Source: Methylovirgula sp. (GTDB lineage Bacteria; Pseudomonadota; Alphaproteobacteria; Rhizobiales; Beijerinckiaceae). Taken from it: a stretch of 36,112 nt of DNA. Where the stretch lies: the NCBI GenBank assembly GCA_030040215.1, contig JASHUD010000051.1:1-36112 (forward strand). The letters run 5' to 3'. Position 1 is the first letter of the stretch; every line of letters starts with the position of its first letter. Both the position numbers and the translations under genes were made by a program. The notes under the pieces are model-generated. The model was not told the DNA's origin. It did not search any database and saw nothing but the letters and a program-made list of their open reading frames with translations. Shown in pieces: positions 28,532-36,112 of this stretch.

Positions 28532-31138
28532 TCACGGAATGCCGTCCAAAGGAGCGTTGTTGTTGCTCGTTTGCTTAAAGGTGGTATCGCCCAGGGTGCG
28601 CAGTTGAAGCTGAACCATTAGCGTCTGATCGTGCACGAACTGGCCGGTCCCGTTATCCACGTAGTCCGAAGTGTAACTGACCGTGAATGTCGTGCAATCG
28701 TTATGGTAGCCCGCTTCCGCACCCAGCGCTGCGATAGCAAACGGTCCGGGATAGGTATAGCCAATCAGGTCTTCCGGATAATACTGCCGGCTCATATCGA
28801 ACGTAACATTGCCTTGCACGAAATAATTGGCGTCGAGCTGATACTTCGAACTCAGATTCAGGCCCTCGCGGGTTACCGGATAGCCGATCACCGGCTGCGC
28901 TTGATAGTCGGCGAACTGCACGCTGCCGGTCCAGGCGCCGAGATTGATGTTGGAATCGACGTCGACGCGGCGCGGTTCGAGCGTCGCCTGATCGAAACGT
29001 CCTTGCGCGCCGAACGAGAGGATCGGCCCGGGTACCAGGGTGAAGCCAGCGACATAATCCGACCATGGCGTGTCCAATCCCGAGCTCAGACCGACATTGG
29101 CGGCATCGGGGGTGGCATAACTATTGGTGCCGGCAACTTGCACCGACTGGCCGGCGATGAAATTTACGTAGCTGCCGTTTTTGAAGGTCAGCGTCGCCTC
29201 GCCGCCGTAGTTGGCCCGCGTGCCGGTTTCGAATTGGTCGTAGCCCGAATATTTGTCCCAGGTGAACAGGTTGGTGGTGTCGAATACCAGGCTTTGCGCG
29301 TCCATGTTGACGAGCGATTCCGAGCCCAACAGGTTGTTGGGCCGGGCGATGACCTGGCCGATCGGCTCGATCACCATGGAGCCGATGGGCGTGTTGGCGA
29401 GAATGGGATAGCGGTATTCCATTCCGACGCCCGGCATCGTATAGGCGTTCGCGCCGCTCGAAATGTAATTGCTCTGCGCCGCGTTGCCGATGGTCGACGT
29501 GCCGGCGGCGGACGAGAACGTGTAGGAGTTCGTCGAATTGAGATCGAGCCATTGGCCGTTGACGCGGGCGAAAGCAAACGGCGTCCAAATTTCGCCGATG
29601 GGATCGATGAACTTGCGCTGCCACGACACGTCCACCGTAGCGCGCGAATAATCGCCGCCGATGCCGCGCAACAAGCAATTGCTCGCCGTCGTTCCCGGCG
29701 TGTAGGTGGTGCAGACATTGTAAAGATTGTATGCCTTATCGAATTCCTGCGGACCGACCGCCTGATAGGCCGCCGCCTCTTCCGACAGATTGGTTAGGTT
29801 GAAGTCCAGCGTGACGTTGCCACCGACACCGCCCGTCTTGGCCGGATCGATGTTGAACATTTTGTTGTAGTCGAGAACCGGAAGCGCGTTCGGCTGCTGT
29901 TGCTCGAGATCGTTCGCGGTCAGGCCTTCGAAGTGGTAGCCGCGCAGATCGAAGTAGCCGTTGTCGCCTTGCCCGGTCAGGTAAGCCGTCGAGATCGCTT
30001 CGCTGTAGTAATTCGACGACACGCTCTGGTTCGCGACGGCGTAGTCGTTCAAAAACCAGCGGTCGGTAAGCAGCGTAAAGTCCCATCCGTACTTCCAAAA
30101 ATCATTGATCTTGAACGCTCCGGCGCTTTCCAGCGAGCCGCGGAACGTACGGTCGCCGGCGTCATAGGGCTCCGGCGGGAAGAGCCCGGGCTGTTCCTGG
30201 AATATACCGCTGGCGCGGATGAAATAATCGCCGGTTGCGAGCCTGTGCCGCCACTCGAGCGTGCCGAAGAAGCCCTCGTTGAAAAAATAGGTTGGCGTGA
30301 ACGTCAGGTCGTAGTTCGGCGCCATCGCCCAGAAGATCGGAACGGCTACGCCCGCTCCCGCATAGGTAACGTCAAGATAGATCGGAGACAAAACGCCGGA
30401 TTTGCGCGTGACGCTTGGATCGGGCGATGAGAAGAAGGGAACCCAGGCGACCGGAACGCCGACGAATTCAAGCCATGCGTCCGTATAGTAGATCATCTTC
30501 TCGTCCCTGTTGTGGATGATGCGCTTGGCGCGCACGCGCCACAGGGGCGGCTTTAAAGGATTATCGGCACAAACCGCGCAGGCCGTATAGGTGCCCTTAT
30601 TGTAGACTTCGGTGTTGCCTCCGGCAACTTCGGTGCGCGGCGCACTGAAGAAAGTGGACTGCGCAGTCGAGGCGCGCAAGCTTTCGATAAATCCGTTGGC
30701 AAGATCCTTGGTGAGATCGAATCGCTCTCCGTAAAGAACCGTTCCGTCGCGTTCCGTCATCTTGCCATGTCCCTCGGCATAGACGCGGCCGGTGTTGCGA
30801 TCGTAGGTGACGCGGTCGGCTTCGAGCACGCGGCCTTCGTAATAGATGCGCGCGTGTCCGACAGCCGAAACCGTGTTCTTGTCTTTGTCGTAAACGAGTT
30901 GGTCCGCCTCGACGAACATCTTGCCGGATTGGACGGCGGCGTTTGAATTGGCATTTGCGCCGGCGCTCTGTGCGGCCGCCGGTTCGATCCAGCCGGCGCA
31001 GAAGGCACAGAGCAGCGAGGCAAAGAAAAAAATCGCCGGCGCCCACCCGCGTGCCGGCGCTCGCAGCCCGGCCGGCGCCCTACGCAACTGCGAGCGGGCA
31101 CGGACCGGTTCGCAAGTGGGGCCGAAATGTCGCCCCAT
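28532..31138 (-). CDS. lptD: LPS-assembly outer-membrane protein LptD
   Basis: Signal peptide, OstA-like VEADQLVYD, YTACAVC..PPLW, RKSG, EPIGQ, QLRTLG C-terminus; TGATG overlap with lptG. Confidence 0.93.
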   Translation of the reverse strand: MGRHFGPTCEPVRARSQLRRAPAGLRAPARGWAPAIFFFASLLCAFCAGWIEPAAAQSAGANANSNAAVQSGKMFVEADQLVYDKDKNTVSAVGHARIYYEGRVLEADRVTYDRNTGRVYAEGHGKMTERDGTVLYGERFDLTKDLANGFIESLRASTAQSTFFSAPRTEVAGGNTEVYNKGTYTACAVCADNPLKPPLWRVRAKRIIHNRDEKMIYYTDAWLEFVGVPVAWVPFFSSPDPSVTRKSGVLSPIYLDVTYAGAGVAVPIFWAMAPNYDLTFTPTYFFNEGFFGTLEWRHRLATGDYFIRASGIFQEQPGLFPPEPYDAGDRTFRGSLESAGAFKINDFWKYGWDFTLLTDRWFLNDYAVANQSVSSNYYSEAISTAYLTGQGDNGYFDLRGYHFEGLTANDLEQQQPNALPVLDYNKMFNIDPAKTGGVGGNVTLDFNLTNLSEEAAAYQAVGPQEFDKAYNLYNVCTTYTPGTTASNCLLRGIGGDYSRATVDVSWQRKFIDPIGEIWTPFAFARVNGQWLDLNSTNSYTFSSAAGTSTIGNAAQSNYISSGANAYTMPGVGMEYRYPILANTPIGSMVIEPIGQVIARPNNLLGSESLVNMDAQSLVFDTTNLFTWDKYSGYDQFETGTRANYGGEATLTFKNGSYVNFIAGQSVQVAGTNSYATPDAANVGLSSGLDTPWSDYVAGFTLVPGPILSFGAQGRFDQATLEPRRVDVDSNINLGAWTGSVQFADYQAQPVIGYPVTREGLNLSSKYQLDANYFVQGNVTFDMSRQYYPEDLIGYTYPGPFAIAALGAEAGYHNDCTTFTVSYTSDYVDNGTGQFVHDQTLMVQLQLRTLGDTTFKQTSNNNAPLDGIP

Positions 31139-32226
31139 CAACCGTCCTCCTGATTGAGGAGAGCCAAGGCGCCGAGCAGAGTGCCGACCACGGCCGGCGA
31201 CCAAGCGGCGACCGGCGTGCTCAAAAGGCCGGAGTTGCCGAAGTCGGCGACCATTTTGGTCGCCAAGTAGAGCAAGAACCCGGCGGCGATTCCGGCGCCG
31301 ATGGTCGGCGCGATCCCGCCGATCCGAAAGAATCGCAAGGAAAAGGCAGCGGCGATCAGAACCATCGCGACGAGAAGCAGCGGTCTTGCCAACAACGTTT
31401 GATATTGAAGCCGGAAACCGGTGGAATCGAGGCCGGCCTGATCGCTTTCCCGGCGCAGCCGCGGCAGCGACCAAAATGGCACAGAATCCGGCGTCAAAAA
31501 ATTCTCCGCGAGCCGGTCGGGAGAAAGATCGGTAGCGAGAAGATAGGTGCCGACCTGGCGCGACTCCTCGCCGGGCGCGATGATCTCGGCGTTCTGCAGT
31601 TCCCATACGCCGGGCAGCAGCGTGGCGCGTTCGGCGTGGACGCGCTCCTCGAAACGGCCGTCGGGCTCGTAGACATAGGCCGTGACCGAGGTGAGCAGAG
31701 TTCCGGAATTGAGCGATCGCGCGGCGCGCAGGATTGCCTCTCCGTCGACGCTCGTCTGGCGGAGCCACAAGGTTGTATCGCCCCGCTGTTGGCCGTTGCC
31801 GCCGAAGAGCTCTGTCTCGATGGCGTCGGCGCGTTGCTTCATAACAGCCGAGAGCGGGTTGAACAACGCGACCGAGAGCACGCCGATCAGCAGAGCGATC
31901 CCGATCGGCGGAACAAGAAACTGCCAGACCGAGACGCCGGCTGCCCGCGCCACGATGAGCTCGAACTTACGGCTCAGATCGAGGAAAGCGGCCATCGTGC
32001 CGAACAATACGCAAAACGGCAGGATCTGTTCGGCGACGGAGGGAGTGCGCAACAGCGACAAAACGGCGATAAAGCCCGCCGTGATGCCGGGCATTCCATT
32101 GGAACGGCGCAGCATTTCGACGAAGTCGAATACGTAGACCATGCCGACGATCGCCAAGAAAACCGACATGATCGTATTAAAGAAGCGCAGCGAAAAATAT
32201 CGGCCGAGCGTCGATACGATGGTCAT
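31138..32226 (-). CDS. lptG: LPS export ABC transporter permease, LptG-type
   Basis: TLGRYF, DFVEMLRR, LSRKFELIVARAAGVSVWQF, SVPFWSLP, AAWSP, LLNQEDG. Confidence 0.9.
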   Translation of the reverse strand: MTIVSTLGRYFSLRFFNTIMSVFLAIVGMVYVFDFVEMLRRSNGMPGITAGFIAVLSLLRTPSVAEQILPFCVLFGTMAAFLDLSRKFELIVARAAGVSVWQFLVPPIGIALLIGVLSVALFNPLSAVMKQRADAIETELFGGNGQQRGDTTLWLRQTSVDGEAILRAARSLNSGTLLTSVTAYVYEPDGRFEERVHAERATLLPGVWELQNAEIIAPGEESRQVGTYLLATDLSPDRLAENFLTPDSVPFWSLPRLRRESDQAGLDSTGFRLQYQTLLARPLLLVAMVLIAAAFSLRFFRIGGIAPTIGAGIAAGFLLYLATKMVADFGNSGLLSTPVAAWSPAVVGTLLGALALLNQEDG

Positions 32227-32356
32227 GGCGCCCCTCGACGAAGCAAGCCGACCGCCGCCGTGCTTAGGGCTTCGGGATCATCAAGGCTCACATGGATCTC
32301 GACGAACGGCATGACGCGGGCGCTTCCGTAGACGGCGGCGGACCGCCACTCAGGTG

Positions 32357-32495
32357 CAAAAGAAGGGGCAGGAACGTCCGCCTTGCGGCTCCGCCTCTGC
32401 GACTTCGTGAAGTTCTCCTGTTTCGGAATCCCCTTTCGAAGGCCGCGAAGCTTCCGGCCGCTCGGAATCGAGAGCCGAATAACCTCATCCTATCT
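32357..32495 (-). ncRNA. candidate unclassified structured RNA (sRNA or cis-regulatory leader)
   Basis: Several short hairpins, a closing helix and a UUCUUUU tail downstream of a promoter-like motif; no convincing ORF. Confidence 0.4.
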
Positions 32496-32500
32496 TGCTT

Positions 32501-32529
32501 TGGCTACATAGTCCTCCGTTTAGGTGCAA
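32501..32529 (-). promoter_or_regulatory. putative sigma70 promoter facing the candidate RNA and lptG operon
   Basis: TTGCAC-N17-TAGCCA, the same architecture as the putative acpP promoter. Confidence 0.45.
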
Positions 32530-32571
32530 GGCGCTCCCGGCTTTTTGAGGGCAGGCCGGAGCGAATGCGGC

Positions 32572-32597
32572 CCGTCGTGGCGCACCCGCCACGACGG
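32572..32597. other. perfect 11-bp hairpin
   Basis: CCGTCGTGGCG-CACC-CGCCACGACGG. Confidence 0.6.
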
Positions 32598-32836
32598 CGC
32601 GACGCTAATTTCCCGTTATGAATCTGGAATTTAGGCGGGTATCACTTCGCCGGGGCGGGGAAGCGACCGCGCCAACGCCTTGCGCGTCCCCTATACCGGC
32701 GTGCCCAAAGCGCCGCGTCCCGACGCCGAATTTGCTGGCAGTTCGGCGCGGTCAGGTGCTATCCGGCTGGCGCATCGTAACGCGCCTGCGAGGTGGCCGC
32801 TGCATCGGTGTATCGTCAAGGGTTCAGGAAAAGCCA

Positions 32837-34402
32837 ATGTCACAGTCCGTAAAAATCGATTTCGTTGCCCTGACGTCGCTTGCCGCCCACGCCTCGAAAC
32901 GAACCGGAAAAGGCGACGCCGCGCCGCGGACGCTGGTCGTCTTTGCAGGCCAGGATTTGGCGCTGGGCACGGCAACACGCAAAGCGCTCGGCACCGAGGG
33001 CGAGGCGCTCTTCAAAAAGGCGGCGGCCGCCGCAAAGTTCAAGGGCAAAGCATCGACTGCGCTGGATATCATTGCGCCGTCCGGGTTGGCAGCCGACCGG
33101 CTGCTCGTCGTCGGAACGGGCCGCGAGGAAACCGCAAAGGGCAAAGCTAAAGAGGAGCCCAGGCCCGACGACGATCTGACGCTCGGCGGGTTCGTCTTGG
33201 GCAAGCTCGGCGGCGGCGCTTCCGCTACGATCGTCTTCGATTTGCCGCGCCCGCCGAAGGAGGTTGCCGCAGCCGCCGCCGAGTTTGCCGAGGGCGTCCG
33301 GCTGCGCGATTACAAGTTCGACCAGTACAAGACCAAGAAAAAGGACGACGAAGAGAACGGCGCGACGGAGATCGCCATTGCCGTCGAAGATCCGGCCGCG
33401 GCGCGGCACGCGGCCAAGTCGCGCGAGGCGGTGGCCGAAGGCGTGCTCCTCGCCCGCACGCTGGTCAACGAGCCGGCCAACGTCCTTACCCCCGAGGAAT
33501 TCGCTAAACGCGCTCAGGATCTCGAAAAGCTCGGCGTCGAGGTAAAAGTCCTCGACGAGGCGGCCATGAAGGCGCTCGGCATGGGCGCCTTGCTCGCCGT
33601 CGGCCAAGGCTCGGAGCGCGAAAGCCGGCTCGTGATCATGCGCTGGCGCGGCGACAAGAAGGAAGGCAGGGCGAAGCCCATCGCCTTCCTCGGCAAGGGA
33701 GTGGTTTTCGACACCGGCGGAATTTCGATGAAACCCGCGGCGGGGATGGAAGACATGAAGGGCGACATGGCGGGCGCCGCCTGCGTCGTCGGTCTGATGC
33801 ACGCGCTCGCGGCGCGCAAGGCCAAGGCGGATGTCATCGGCGCCATCGGCATCGTCGAGAACATGCCGGGGCCGAGTGCGCAGCGTCCCGGCGACATCCT
33901 TAAGTCGATGTCCGGCCAGACGGTCGAGATCATCAACACCGATGCCGAAGGCCGGCTCGTTCTTGCCGACGTACTCTGGTACGTGCAGGACAAGTTCAAG
34001 CCGCGGTTCATGGTCGATCTGGCGACGCTCACCGGCGCCGTGATGGTGGCGCTTGGCCAGGAGCACGCCGGCCTGTTCTCGAACGACGACGAATTGAGCG
34101 CGCGGCTCATTGCGGCCGGCAAAGAAACCAACGAGAAACTCTGGCGCCTGCCGCTTGGGCCGGCCTACGACAAACTCCTCGATTCCAAGTTCGCCGACAT
34201 GAAGAACACCGGCGGCCGGCACGGCGGCTCGATCACCGCGGCGCAATTCCTGCAGCGTTTCGTCAACGGCACGCCCTGGGCGCATCTCGATATCGCCGGC
34301 ATGGGCATGAATTCGCCGGCCAACGAGGTCAACCAAAGCTGGGGATCGGGGTTCGGCGTGCGCCTGCTCGATAGGCTGGTGGCCGATTATTACGAAGCGT
34401 GA
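32837..34402 (+). CDS. pepA: leucyl aminopeptidase (M17)
   Basis: [43 protein letters not shown]; AGGA RBS before ATG 32837. Confidence 0.96.
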   Translation: MSQSVKIDFVALTSLAAHASKRTGKGDAAPRTLVVFAGQDLALGTATRKALGTEGEALFKKAAAAAKFKGKASTALDIIAPSGLAADRLLVVGTGREETAKGKAKEEPRPDDDLTLGGFVLGKLGGGASATIVFDLPRPPKEVAAAAAEFAEGVRLRDYKFDQYKTKKKDDEENGATEIAIAVEDPAAARHAAKSREAVAEGVLLARTLVNEPANVLTPEEFAKRAQDLEKLGVEVKVLDEAAMKALGMGALLAVGQGSERESRLVIMRWRGDKKEGRAKPIAFLGKGVVFDTGGISMKPAAGMEDMKGDMAGAACVVGLMHALAARKAKADVIGAIGIVENMPGPSAQRPGDILKSMSGQTVEIINTDAEGRLVLADVLWYVQDKFKPRFMVDLATLTGAVMVALGQEHAGLFSNDDELSARLIAAGKETNEKLWRLPLGPAYDKLLDSKFADMKNTGGRHGGSITAAQFLQRFVNGTPWAHLDIAGMGMNSPANEVNQSWGSGFGVRLLDRLVADYYEA

Positions 34403-34414
34403 GCCGCCCGCCCG

Positions 34415-34864
34415 ATGCAGATCTCGTTCTACCATCTTCAGCACCAGCCGCTCGAATGGGCGCTTCCCCCGCTCGTCGAACAATGGCTCGCGGAAGGCGC
34501 GCGCGTCGTCGTTGAGGCGGCAAGCGAGGAACGGCTCGACGCGCTCGACGAAGCGCTTTGGACCTACAACGACGCAAGCTTTCTCGCGCACGGGCGCGCG
34601 CGCGACGGCGACGCCGAGATGCAACCCGTCTACCTCACGACGCAAGGCGAGAATCCGAACGGTGCGAACCTGCGCGTGCTGGTCGATGGCGCCGCGTTCG
34701 CGCCCGACGGATCGGGCTGCGCGCGCACGATCCTGCTGTTCGACGGCAACGACGCCGATCAGCTCGATGCCGCGCGAGCGCAGTGGAAACGGCTGAAGGG
34801 CGAGGGTTTCGCGCCGGCCTATTGGCAGCAGGGCGCCGGCGGCAAATGGGAGAAGCGCGGATGA
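34415..34864 (+). CDS. holC: DNA polymerase III subunit chi
   Basis: FYHL, LDEALWTY..SFLAHG, QPVYLT, ARAQWK; conserved pepA-holC order. Confidence 0.92.
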   Translation: MQISFYHLQHQPLEWALPPLVEQWLAEGARVVVEAASEERLDALDEALWTYNDASFLAHGRARDGDAEMQPVYLTTQGENPNGANLRVLVDGAAFAPDGSGCARTILLFDGNDADQLDAARAQWKRLKGEGFAPAYWQQGAGGKWEKRG

Positions 34865-34936
34865 GGCTATTGTTTGCCTTGTCGTCGCACCAGCCATAGT
34901 CTAGCCGGATATATCGCAACCCGGGCAGAGGCGTTC

Positions 34937-35536
34937 ATGAAATTATTGCGGTCGCGCGTCCGCGCAATTTTCGCCATCGTCGTCGTCGGCCTTACGGTCT
35001 CGGCTTGCGGTTACAACACGATCCCGACTTTGGAGGAGCAGGCGAACGCGAAATGGGCGGACGTGCAGAACAATTATCAGCGTCGCGCCGACCTCATCCC
35101 CAATCTCGTCGCCACCGTGCAAGGTTACGCCAAGCAGGAGAAGGACGTGCTCACGTCGGTCACCGAGGCGCGCGCCAAGGCGACGCAGGTGAAGATCGAC
35201 GTCTCCGATCTGACAGATCCGGCAAAGCTCAAACAGTTTCAGGATGCGCAGAATCAACTCTCGGGCGCGCTTGGCCACTTGCTTGCGATCAGCGAAAATT
35301 ATCCCGATCTGAAGTCGAACCAGAATTTCTTGGTGCTGCAGGCGCAGTTGGAAGGGACCGAAAACCGCATCGCCATCGCGCGGCGCGATTATATCGAGGC
35401 GGTGCGCGCCTATAATACGGAGCTAAAGACCTTTCCGGGTGTGCTGTGGGCTGCGACCTTCTTCCGCAACAACAAGCCGATGGCGGAGTTTGCCGCCAAC
35501 GAGAATGCGCAAACGCCGCCGCGGGTGAAGTTCTGA
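34937..35536 (+). CDS. lemA: LemA family lipoprotein
   Basis: Lipobox VSAC-GYN, YQRRADLIPNLV, ENYPDLKSNQNF, LEGTENRI. Confidence 0.94.
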   Translation: MKLLRSRVRAIFAIVVVGLTVSACGYNTIPTLEEQANAKWADVQNNYQRRADLIPNLVATVQGYAKQEKDVLTSVTEARAKATQVKIDVSDLTDPAKLKQFQDAQNQLSGALGHLLAISENYPDLKSNQNFLVLQAQLEGTENRIAIARRDYIEAVRAYNTELKTFPGVLWAATFFRNNKPMAEFAANENAQTPPRVKF

Positions 35537-35564
35537 CGCGGCGCTGTTCTCCAGTGGCTCTGCG

Positions 35565-36112
35565 ATGAGCTCGGCGGCGCGCCTTTCTTCCTGCCTCGCT
35601 TCGGCGCTGGCCTCCGTTGTCTTTGCTGTCGCGGTTCTGCTCGCGGCCTCAATTCCGGGGCGGGCGGTCGATTTTCCTGCACTCACCGGTCGTGTCGTCG
35701 ATCAGGCCGACATCGTCCCCGCCGCGACGCGTCAGGCGCTCGAAACCAAGCTCGCCGATCTCGAATCGAAGTCCGGCATTCAGCTTGTCGTTGCGACCGT
35801 TCGCTCGCTTCAAGGCGAGGAGATCGAGCCTTATGCGAACGAACTCTTCCGAACCTGGAAACTCGGAGAGAAAGACAAGAATAACGGCGTGCTTCTTCTC
35901 GTCGCGCCGAACGAGCACAGAGTGCGGATCGAGGTCGGCTATGGGCTCGAGCCGACGCTCACCGACGCGCTGTCAAAACTCATCATCGTCGACGCCATTG
36001 CGCCGCGGTTCAAGGCGGGCGATTTCGGCACAGGCATAACAAACGGCGTCGACGATATCATCACGGTGCTGACCACGGATTCTTCGGAGTGGCAGAAGCG
36101 TCCGTCGCTGCG
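35565..36112 (+). CDS. TPM-domain (YgcG-like) protein, 3' truncated by the window edge
   Basis: Translated by hand: signal peptide, then FPALTGRVVDQA...WKLGEKDKNNGVLLLVAPNEHRVRIEVGYGLE; typical partner downstream of lemA. Confidence 0.9.
   Translation, partial: MSSAARLSSCLASALASVVFAVAVLLAASIPGRAVDFPALTGRVVDQADIVPAATRQALETKLADLESKSGIQLVVATVRSLQGEEIEPYANELFRTWKLGEKDKNNGVLLLVAPNEHRVRIEVGYGLEPTLTDALSKLIIVDAIAPRFKAGDFGTGITNGVDDIITVLTTDSSEWQKRPSL

Noticed and set aside
28532-31768. 1078-aa ORF suggesting a giant LptD
   Set aside because: The first 210 codons are an off-frame read of lptG; the signal peptide follows ATG 31138
32357-32495. Glycine riboswitch or hammerhead ribozyme assignment for the structured RNA
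   Set aside because: It has GGAGA plus a hairpin, and GAUGAG...CGAAAC, but lacks the glycine CCGAAG/CUCUCAGG core and the hammerhead CUGAUGA
32288-32621. Short ORFs 32288-32488 (-) and 32292-32621 (+) as replacement genes
   Set aside because: Arg-rich with no family motif or LptF-like TM pattern; better explained as non-coding
32840-34897. 685-aa antisense ORF (likewise 5626-7047, 9217-10401, 11482-12723, 14988-16232, 26586-27929, 30943-32331)
   Set aside because: Shadow ORFs opposite well-supported genes, expected in high-GC DNA; no recognisable motifs

Overview
High-GC alphaproteobacterial core-genome segment (Hyphomicrobiales/Rhizobiales-like; a Beijerinckiaceae/Methylocystaceae-type host is my inference from protein style and gene order). 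It carries mostly housekeeping genes: DUF2842, a stand-alone higBA toxin-antitoxin pair, heme A synthase (COX15/CtaA), rplM-rpsI, argC, an FAA hydrolase, class I PHA synthase phaC, an SDR-purF-cvpA-radA-dnaB block, rplI-DUF2232-rpsR-rpsF, three small proteins, fabD-fabG-acpP-fabF-mltG-yicC-gmk, the opposing lptG-lptD-surA-pdxA-rsmA operon, then pepA-holC-lemA and a truncated TPM-domain gene. I see no tRNA, rRNA, CRISPR array, transposase, integrase or phage gene. There are three REP/RIME-like palindromic repeats. The main anomaly is the roughly 610-bp gap between lptG and pepA. lptF normally sits there but is absent. Instead there is a sigma70-like promoter followed by a densely structured, U-tailed candidate RNA of about 140 nt with two alternative pairings, which I cannot assign to a known family. 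All assignments come from motif recognition by eye; no searches were run.
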